From contig CBDCCI010000002.1 in assembly GCA_965214705.1 (NCBI GenBank), positions 224,001-288,000 on the forward strand: 64,000 bases of DNA, in the 5' to 3' direction. Position 1 is the first letter of the stretch, and every line of letters begins with the position of its first letter. This document shows, piece by piece, positions 57,090 to 64,000 of the stretch. The stretch is from Alphaproteobacteria bacterium (GTDB lineage: Bacteria; Pseudomonadota; Alphaproteobacteria; UBA828). A model generated the notes under the pieces. The model was not told the DNA's origin. It ran no database searches and saw only the letters and a program-made list of their open reading frames with translations. The translations under genes and the position numbers were made by a program.

Positions 57090-57917
57090 ATGCCGACTGC
57101 GCAACCGCCGTCGTCGGACGTCCCGGAGTGGCTGGCTCGAGCTTCATCCGATACGATGAACACCGAGCCATTTCCGCTCCACGATATTCTCCGTGGCTCG
57201 CTGTATTACCCCGCGTCCTCCTTCGACGGTGATCCCGTCGCATATCTCGCGGGATGCATTGCGAGTTTCATTTACGTCGATTTCGGGCACGGATTAGATG
57301 AAGTCAAAGCCGAGCTGCAAGAACCGGGGTTTCTCGGTTACGAACGCGTTGGCAGCCGATCGGTGACCGAATGCGAATTGACCCCAGAGGGCTGGAGCCC
57401 CGAGCATCCGGCAGAAGGTGACCGAGGAAGGCGCTTCCTGCAGAACCGCATAAAGCCGCCGTTTTGTATCTGGTCCGTGTTCGCGCGCAAATCAGATTAT
57501 TCGCCCTCTCACGGCCCGTCCCGGTTCAGCTTTCTTTATCTTTGCGCAGATGGTAGGGCGGCGTTTCAGGCACTCTATCTGTCGAACGAGCATAGACCGA
57601 AAGCCGTCGCACTGATTCAACCTGGTGACAACGTATTCGAAATCCCCGAGGGGTTGTTCGCGAGAAATGTTCTCCAAAATTCCGCCGGCGCGCCCGAGTT
57701 CCTGCTGTACGGTGGAGCGGGAGGACGCGACTTCTATCTTCAGCCGCCGTGGCCCGGTTATCGAGCTCCGTTCTGTTGTCAGCGTGAAGACAGTGACAAG
57801 TCTTGCACTCTCCGCGAACATAGCGTCGGTCAATTCGCCGAGTGTCGTACGGTCGCCTACCGCGAGGCCTGCTTCCTCGGCAACACCAGCATTGGCGTTT
57901 GGGTCAGAGATTCATGA
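57090..57917 (+). CDS. Hypothetical protein
   Basis: Long lower-GC ORF with protein-like composition (SLYYPASSFDGDPV, SFIYVD, FLYLCADG); start 57063 or 57090. Confidence 0.65.
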   Translation: MPTAQPPSSDVPEWLARASSDTMNTEPFPLHDILRGSLYYPASSFDGDPVAYLAGCIASFIYVDFGHGLDEVKAELQEPGFLGYERVGSRSVTECELTPEGWSPEHPAEGDRGRRFLQNRIKPPFCIWSVFARKSDYSPSHGPSRFSFLYLCADGRAAFQALYLSNEHRPKAVALIQPGDNVFEIPEGLFARNVLQNSAGAPEFLLYGGAGGRDFYLQPPWPGYRAPFCCQREDSDKSCTLREHSVGQFAECRTVAYREACFLGNTSIGVWVRDS

Positions 57918-58006
57918 CACTACATCGCCTCTCGTCACCTGAGGCTCGCGTGACTTCAGCGGGTTGTGCTTCACTTTCTTGTTGTCAACGAGCACGGAGG
58001 CACAAC

Positions 58007-58084
58007 ATGTGGACTGAAAACACTCTGCCGAAGTATGACCAGGAGAAGTTGCGTTACGCAATCGATGTTACCGACGATGAATGA
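58007..58084 (+). pseudogene. IS5-family transposase N-terminal remnant
   Basis: GGAGG RBS; MWTENTLPKYDQEKLRYAIDVTDDE* resembles MWT..R.Y.SDLTD.EW. Confidence 0.6.
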
Positions 58085-58178
58085 CGTTGTTCCCACACGT
58101 CTTCCCCGCAGAGAGTAAATCTCATATCGGGGTGTCCATTCCAAAATCTGCGACTCACCCTGCATCGCAGCCCTATTT

Positions 58179-58718
58179 CTAACCGATCCTCTTGTTGTAT
58201 TTGGGCAACCGATTATGACGAATCAGGAAATCGGCTTGAAGAGTCATCTCAACATCCGTTGGTTGATGCTCTTCCGGCAAACGTGTGAACTTTCCCCTGT
58301 CACGATCAGAAGGAGTCCAAACCGCTACCGAAAGACGATTCCTCTGTCGCTCCCAACGCTCCTTAAATTCTTGACACCGTTTTATGTACTCTTTGTACGC
58401 CGCTTTTGCTTTTTTCTTCCCATATATCTCACGCAATTCAGCGATTTTCTCCCGAAAGTTGGGGTTTATTTTCGACTCGTGAAATGAATTTCCTCCCGCA
58501 TGAGAGTCGAAATAATATTCGCAAGCGTTTTCAAAAGCATTCAGCCTTTCCCACAAATTGGTTGCGCGACCAATATATATGATGTTCCTGCATAGGATGT
58601 CTGGCTGCCTGTTGCGTCGTACACCTCTGGCAATAAGATAAACGCCCCGGCTGTTGAGTTGTTTCTTCAGTTCATTCCGTGCCCTAAAGGCGCACCAATC
58701 AGACATATCGAGCTTCAT
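58179..58718 (-). CDS. GIY-YIG-like nuclease-domain protein
   Basis: RGVYLI, IIYIGRATNLWERL, VE..L..LPKYN; GAAGGAGG RBS; low GC. Confidence 0.7.
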   Translation of the reverse strand: MKLDMSDWCAFRARNELKKQLNSRGVYLIARGVRRNRQPDILCRNIIYIGRATNLWERLNAFENACEYYFDSHAGGNSFHESKINPNFREKIAELREIYGKKKAKAAYKEYIKRCQEFKERWERQRNRLSVAVWTPSDRDRGKFTRLPEEHQPTDVEMTLQADFLIRHNRLPKYNKRIG

Positions 58719-58974
58719 GTTTGGTAAACCTCCTTCAATGCTGAGACCATCCCGATCCGATGAAACTGGTCCCGCAACTGCGCACCTGAAAATCCGCAGG
58801 CGCCAAGCCGGATTACCACAATCCCTCACGTCCCAATACTCGACGAAATCAGACCTGGGCAGTTACCAATTCATAATGCTTCCGTCAACCGCAAACGGCG
58901 GAACGGCAGCGAGTTCCGCCGGAGTTCGATGTGCGCGGGCACGGGCACGGTGCCAGCGTCCAAAGCCTTGCCGG

Positions 58975-59285
58975 CCCCAGAGGCGATGTCAAGATTGCCG
59001 GCGATCACGACAAGGTTCGCGTGGCAGGGCAGCGCTCGATGGCTTCTACGTCGTCCGCACCAGCCTGGCCGCGTGCGCGCCTGCGTCCTGCTGTACATGC
59101 TCGCCTGCCACGTCGAATGGCACATGCGCCGAAAGCGCGCTCCCATCCTGTTCGACGAGGACAACCCGGCCGGCGCCGAAGCCGCGCACGCCTCCATCGT
59201 CGCTCCGGCAAAGCCCTCGCCTTCGGCCCGTCGCAAGGCCGCCGGCAAGCGCACGCCGGACGGCGCGCCGGTGCATGCCTTTGGC
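58975..59285 (+). pseudogene. IS1634-like transposase C-terminal remnant
   Basis: ALDGFYVVRTSL and RVRACVLLYMLACHVEWHMR..APILFDED..SPSARRKA..RTPDGAPVHAF in different frames. Confidence 0.7.
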
Positions 59286-59306
59286 AATGAACCGTCGCGT
59301 GATTCG

Positions 59307-60464
59307 TCACCGCGGCGGACAAGCGTCCTGTACCATGATGTCTGCGATGGCCTGCCCGACCCTCTCGGCCGCTTCCTCGATGTCGCGGTCTCCGAGATGA
59401 GCATAGCGCAGCGTCATGCTTACGTCGGAATGCCCAAGCATGCGCGAGACGACCGGGATCGGTACGCCGTTCATCACCGCGTGGCTGGCGTGCGTGTGGC
59501 GGAGATCGTGAAGGCGAACGTCCTCGATGCCCGCCTCGCGCCGGGCGCGATTCCAGAACGCAAGGTTGTGGCTGCGGGGGCGGGCGGGATCTCGTGGGGA
59601 CGGAAAGACGAAGGGGCTTGCGCCGCGCGGCCGGCGTTCGAGAATACGACGGGCATGGGTATTGAGGGGAACGATCCTGGGCCCGGTCTTGCCGTCGGCG
59701 AGGACCAGCCTGTCGCGATCGACTTCCGACCAGCGCAGCCCGACGATCTCGCTCCTGCGGCATCCGGTGAGCAGCAGGAGCCGGATGATGTCCGCCTGCT
59801 CGCGGCTGCTGTTGCGGGTCTGCCTGTCCAGGATCCGATGGAGCCTGGCGATCTCGTCGCGGGACAGAAAGCGCGTGAGCACCCGTCTCGGGTTCCTTTT
59901 CACGGCCCGCGCGGGGTTCGTTTCAAGGTGGCCGCGGGCGATTGCGAAGTTGACGATCTGCGAGAGAAGATCGAGCGCGCGATTGGCATTGCCGGGCGCG
60001 ATCCGGCTGAACCGGTCGAACCACCGCGTGATGTGCGCCGGGGTGATGCGGTCGAGCGGCTTCGAGCCGAAGGCGGGCAGGAGCTGGCGGTCGAGCAGGG
60101 ACTGGACGCCCTTTCTCGTGGACGGCTTGTATCCGTCGAAGTGGGCCTCCTTCCACGCGCCCTCGACGAAGTCGCGGAACAGCGGCGCAGCAGGCTTGGG
60201 CGCTCCGGTCGCTTCCAAGTCTGCCTTGCGCGCGTGACATTCCCGGCGGACCTCCGCCACGGACTTCAGCGACACCGGGCCGAGAGTGACCCGCCTCGAC
60301 CGGCCGCCGGTGTTCCCCAGCAGGACATAGCTCTTCCCGCCGGTGGGCCGGACCCGGACCCCGAGGCCGACAAGATGATTATCCCAGACCGCGTACTCCC
60401 GCTCGCGGGGGCGGAGGCTGGCGATGGCGCGGTCGGTGAGCCGCATCCGTTCCCTGCCGGCCAT
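59307..60464 (-). CDS. Arm-type tyrosine integrase, second of pair
   Basis: VWDNHLVGLGVRV, TGCRRSEI, DGKTG, HDLRH, LGH, TLRY. Confidence 0.93.
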   Translation of the reverse strand: MAGRERMRLTDRAIASLRPREREYAVWDNHLVGLGVRVRPTGGKSYVLLGNTGGRSRRVTLGPVSLKSVAEVRRECHARKADLEATGAPKPAAPLFRDFVEGAWKEAHFDGYKPSTRKGVQSLLDRQLLPAFGSKPLDRITPAHITRWFDRFSRIAPGNANRALDLLSQIVNFAIARGHLETNPARAVKRNPRRVLTRFLSRDEIARLHRILDRQTRNSSREQADIIRLLLLTGCRRSEIVGLRWSEVDRDRLVLADGKTGPRIVPLNTHARRILERRPRGASPFVFPSPRDPARPRSHNLAFWNRARREAGIEDVRLHDLRHTHASHAVMNGVPIPVVSRMLGHSDVSMTLRYAHLGDRDIEEAAERVGQAIADIMVQDACPPR

Positions 60465-60467
60465 GGA

Positions 60468-61592
60468 TCAACTCTCCACCAGCGCGTCGCCGACGGTCTC
60501 GGCCGCCTCGCGCACCATGGCGTCGGCAAGGTGGGTATATTTGAGCGTGGTTTCCGCGTTGCGGTGTCCGAGCAGCCGGCCGATGGCGAGGACGGAGACG
60601 TTTTCCTTCAAGGCGAGGGTCGCGTTGGTATGGCGGAGATCGTGGAGCCGGACGTCGCGAAGACCGGCCTCGGCGCGAACCTCGTACCAGAACCGGTTCA
60701 GCCAGCCCGTGCTGCGCGGCCCTGCGGCCTGCGGCGCCGGGAAGACCCAGCGGCCCTTTCGTTCGAGCGTATTGAGCACCTTGCGGGCCGGCGCGGACAG
60801 CCAGACGGTTCTGGGTCCGGTCTTGGAATCGCGCAGGAACAGATGCCCCTCGCGGTAGTCGGCCCAGCGGAGCGTCAGGATCTCGCTCTTGCGGCATCCG
60901 GTCAGCAGAAGAAGGCGGACGATCGCAGCCCGCTCCGGGCAGCGCTCCTCGTGGGCCGAGAGCACCGCCGAGAGGCGTCGGATTTCCTCGTCGGACAGGA
61001 AGCGTTCCCGCCCCTTGCGGCGATATCTGCGGATGCCCCGGCATGGGTTGGAGCCTTCGGGCCTGAGCCCCATCGCCTCGGCCTCGCGCATGATGACGGA
61101 GAGCACCGGCATCGAGCGGTCGGCGGCGACCGGGGTGGCGCGGAGCGCGGCGAACCAGCGCCGGACGTCCTTGCCGTCGATGCCGGCGATCTGCCGTCCC
61201 GAGAAATGGGGCAGGATCTGGTTCTTGAGGTAGCAGCGGTTGACCTCGAGGGTTCCGGTCTTCCAGAGGCGCCGGTGACGCTCGAACACGGTTTCGGCGA
61301 CGGCCTCGAAGAGGGTCTCGGCGGGATCGCGGGGGGCGTCCCCGCCCCGCCGGATGGCGGCGAGCGTCTCGCGTGCGCGCGAGCGCGCATTCTCCACGCT
61401 CATGGTGCCGGCGTCGCCTATGATCTTCCAGACCCGCTCGCCGCAGTGCTGGCAGTGGACGAAGAAGCGCTTGCGGCCCGAGGGCAGGACACGGACGCCG
61501 AAGCCCCTGAGCTTGCCGTCGCGGACGTCGCGTGCGGCGTTGCGGGGCTTCAGCGCGCTCACGCGGGCGTCGGTGAGGGCGGGTCTGGTCAT
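60468..61592 (-). CDS. Arm-type tyrosine integrase, first of pair
   Basis: RDGKLRGFGVRV, TGCRKSEI, DSKTG, HDLRH, LGH, TLKY; GGGAGA RBS; 3 bp from next gene. Confidence 0.93.
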   Translation of the reverse strand: MTRPALTDARVSALKPRNAARDVRDGKLRGFGVRVLPSGRKRFFVHCQHCGERVWKIIGDAGTMSVENARSRARETLAAIRRGGDAPRDPAETLFEAVAETVFERHRRLWKTGTLEVNRCYLKNQILPHFSGRQIAGIDGKDVRRWFAALRATPVAADRSMPVLSVIMREAEAMGLRPEGSNPCRGIRRYRRKGRERFLSDEEIRRLSAVLSAHEERCPERAAIVRLLLLTGCRKSEILTLRWADYREGHLFLRDSKTGPRTVWLSAPARKVLNTLERKGRWVFPAPQAAGPRSTGWLNRFWYEVRAEAGLRDVRLHDLRHTNATLALKENVSVLAIGRLLGHRNAETTLKYTHLADAMVREAAETVGDALVES

Positions 61593-61721
61593 TCGCGGTC
61601 TCCCGGTTGCGGTTGCAGCCGGGGAACAGGGGGTTGCCCCATGCGTCCGGATGCAACAAGATGAGGGAGAGAAAACAACCCTGCGTCAGTCAGTTAGCAC
61701 CGAAGGTGCGCAAAGAGGTGT

Positions 61722-62239
61722 ACGACTCGAGCGCCTCGCCGATCGCGCTGGCTGGCCTGAAGCGGATCGCGACGCTCTATGCGATCGAGGAGAAGATCCG
61801 GGGCGAGCCGCCGGCGACGCGTCAGGCGATTCGCTGGGAGGAGTCGGCGCCGATCGTGAACGCCTTCGGTGTCTGGCTCGACGAACAGCGCTCGCGGGTG
61901 TCGGCGCGCTCGCGTCTCGGCGAGAAGCTCACCTATATCGCCAACCAGTGGGACGGGCTGCTGGAGTTCCTGCACGACGGCCGCGTCGAGATCGACTCGA
62001 ACCTGGTGGAAAACCGAATCCGCCCGCTGAAGCTCACCGCCAAGAACGCGCTCTTCGCCGGCAACGACGAGGGTGCGCAAGCCTGGGCCCGCATCGCATC
62101 GCTGATCGAGACCTGCAAGATGAACGGCGTCGAGCCTTACGCCTGGATGCGGAGCACGCTCGAGAAGATCGCCAAGGGTCACCCGCAGTCCAAAATCCAG
62201 GAACTGCTGCCGTGGAACTTCGAGCCCGAGACAAATTGA
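61722..62239 (+). pseudogene. tnpC: IS66 transposase TnpC, 3' part
   Basis: YDSSASPIA..RIATLYAIE, EIDSNLVENRIRP, KNALFAG, SLIETCKMNGVEP, LLPWN. Confidence 0.92.
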
Positions 62240-62327
62240 CTCGCGCGCTCACGGCGCTCCTCAACAAGTCCCCCTCGTAGTCAACCCAGATTCCGGCATG
62301 GGGTCTGCGTAACGCTTACGTTCTTTC

Positions 62328-62920
62328 AGCGAAAGTGCGAACTCCTCGCCTTCGAGATCGGGCGGTCGGGGGAGCACCCCGCCCTTTGGGAGAAGAAGGG
62401 CGCGAGCCTCTACACGGTCACGAACGTGAACCGGTATCCGGAGCTTCGGAGGTTCACGAACCGCCTGTTCAACAAGATCGAGCGGCTCGGAGGCTTCGTG
62501 TTGTACGTCGGGGTGAGAAAGACCGCGGCGCCGGCTGCACACAATGCGAACCGGCTCTATGCCCGGGTGTTCGTGGAGGCGATCAAGCGCATTGACGGCC
62601 ATTGCGTCGAGGACCTCGACGCGCCCGAGGAATTCGTCCTGATTCTCGACGAGCATGAGCAACGCTCGGCGCTCCTGACCGAGGCGGCCAAGAGCATGTA
62701 CGGGCGGACAGAGCGTCGCCGGCGTCTCATCGAACCGCCGTTCCATCTGGAAAGTCATCGCTATCAGACAATTCAGGCAGCGGACTGGATCGCCGGTCTG
62801 GTGGGACGGCTGGGAGCGGTCTGGGCCGATCCGGCGGCATGGCCCGAGAACGAGGCGTTCCGCCGGTATTTCGAGGGTCGCCTCAATCGCGTCAGCCGCA
62901 GGAGCGGTATCCGCAATTAG
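62328..62920 (+). pseudogene. DUF3800-like gene, 3' part
   Basis: QRKCELLAFEI..WEKKG, ILDEHE, EPPFHLESHRYQTIQAADWIAG; in frame with 39256-39406. Confidence 0.82.
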
Positions 62921-63208
62921 GGTTTCTTGCGGGTATATGACACTCGCATTCCGCCGCCCTGCAAACGGAAACGGTCTCTGAACGAAGCCGCTACGCGGAG
63001 TTAGCGGCGTAGAGTTCATTCATTTCCGAGGCGTCGCGGGTGCCGTTTGTTCTGTGCGTTCGCTTCCCGGTTGCGTCAGTGGCGCTCCGCCCGTCGGGTG
63101 GCGGATCCCCAGCAGCCTCCCGATCACCAGTGGTTAGTATCGACCCCTGCGACGGACCGTCGCCGGATCGGTCCGGCGGCGCGCCGTCGCGATCCAGGGA
63201 GATCGATA

Positions 63209-64000
63209 ATGACCGGGACCGCGTGCGACACGAACACCGTCACCCCTCTTCGCCAGCGCATGGAGGAGCAGCTCCGCATCGCCAATCTGGCCGCGAGCAC
63301 GTCCAAGGCCTACATCTGCGAGATCAAGAACCTGGCCAGGTACTACGACGCCTCGCCGGACGAGCTCGACGCCGAGCAGGTGCGCCAGTGGTACCTGGGG
63401 CGGATCGACAAGGGGCTCAGTCCGGGCACGACCAACGTCTCCTTCGCCGCGCTGAACTTCCTCTACATCGACACACTCGGCTGGCCTGACCATGTCGCCG
63501 GCCTGCGCTCCCGCAAGAAGCCCGGCAAGCTGCCGCGCTACATGTCGGAGCAGGAGGTCGAGCACCTCATCCTTGCGACACCCGACCTCCGCCACCGTGC
63601 TGCCATTGTCACCGGCTATGGCGGCGGGCTCCGCATCTCCGAGACCTTGGCCATCAAGGTCGGCGACATCCTGTCGGAGAAGAAGCTGCTGCACATCCCC
63701 TCCGGCAAAGGCGGCACCGAGAGAATGGCACCGTTGCCGGACATCGTCATCCACTACTTGCGCGTCTACTACAGGAACATCTGGCCGCGTCCGACGAGCT
63801 GGCTCTTCTACGGCGTCTCGCTCGACAGGCCCATCGCAACGGAGACCTTGCAGGCCGCCTTCAGGAGGGCGCGCGACATTGCCGAGCTCGACCGCAGCTA
63901 CACCTTCCATTGCCTGCGCCATTCGGCGGCGACCCATCTCCTCGAGCGCGGCGGCGATATCGAGGTGATCCGGGACATGCTCGGCCATCGAAGCGCGAAC
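63209..64000 (+). CDS. Tyrosine recombinase with N-terminal SAM-like domain (type often paired with IS91-like transposases); 3' end outside window
   Basis: Not in ORF track (no stop). AGGGAGA RBS; TPLRQRMEEQL, SPDEL, KLPRYMS, YGGGLRISE, SGKGG, HCLRHSAATHLLE, LGH. Confidence 0.9.
   Translation, partial: MTGTACDTNTVTPLRQRMEEQLRIANLAASTSKAYICEIKNLARYYDASPDELDAEQVRQWYLGRIDKGLSPGTTNVSFAALNFLYIDTLGWPDHVAGLRSRKKPGKLPRYMSEQEVEHLILATPDLRHRAAIVTGYGGGLRISETLAIKVGDILSEKKLLHIPSGKGGTERMAPLPDIVIHYLRVYYRNIWPRPTSWLFYGVSLDRPIATETLQAAFRRARDIAELDRSYTFHCLRHSAATHLLERGGDIEVIRDMLGHRSAN

Larger units (their letters stand above)
41728..61721 (-). mobile_element. About 20-kb integrative element with tandem tyrosine integrases, inserted in IS66 tnpC
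   Basis: Direct repeat AAAGAGGTGT at 41728-41737 and 61712-61721; removal restores tnpC frame; subterminal IR CTGACG(T/C)AGGGTTG at 41772-41785 and 61676-61689; integrase pair next to right end. Confidence 0.88.
39407..62319 (+). mobile_element. IS66-family element, interrupted by a 20-kb insertion
   Basis: IRL GTAAGCGGTATCGAGGCCCCAT, IRR (revcomp) GTAAGCGTTACGCAGACCCCAT; 8-bp TSD GTTCTTTC at 39399-39406 and 62320-62327. Confidence 0.93.

Noticed and set aside
43313-61664. Long alternative ORFs 43313-46261 (-) and 58929-61664 (+)
   Set aside because: Antisense to the AAA/WYL genes and the integrases; only the short IS1634 remnant at the start of the second is protein-like
1-64000. tRNA, rRNA, plasmid rep/par genes
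   Set aside because: None recognised by eye; absence of rep/par is why the tra region is read as an ICE, but a covariance-model scan was not possible

Overview
High-GC mosaic of nested mobile DNA, probably alphaproteobacterial (inferred from a DriD-like WYL protein and the F-type tra gene set). 1-3926: four head-to-tail arm-type tyrosine integrases in two ATGA-coupled pairs; the second is cut at its K-T-G motif, apparently where the next element begins. 4111-10868 (minus): RHH regulator, BsuBI/PstI-like methylase and endonuclease, metallophosphoesterase and Hsp90/GHKL ATPase. 11271-36696: a phage-like switch (two S24 repressors, one lacking the Ser-Lys dyad, opposite a Cro-like/Xis-like protein) in front of a near-complete F-type conjugation region (traALEKBVC, trbI, S26 peptidase, traWU, trbC, traNFHG, traD, MOBF relaxase). 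This looks like an ICE in early decay (traU amber stop, truncated ssb). The tra genes carry about 16 copies of a pseudo-palindromic motif, GACAC(G/T)CGTGCC, with a 15-bp period, read in five of six frames. 39256-62920 is a reconstructable nest: a DUF3800-like gene is split by an IS66 (8-bp TSD), whose tnpC is split by a 20-kb element with a tandem integrase pair, a 10-bp direct repeat and a 14-bp subterminal inverted repeat. That element carries a double AAA+ ATPase preceded by a DriD-like box, a DriD-like WYL regulator, a papain-like protein, an AddAB-like helicase-nuclease pair and a GIY-YIG-like protein. Two DUF4338-fused ISAs1 elements share a -1 slippery site. No rRNA, tRNA or CRISPR array was seen. 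All calls come from reading motifs by eye; no database search was run.
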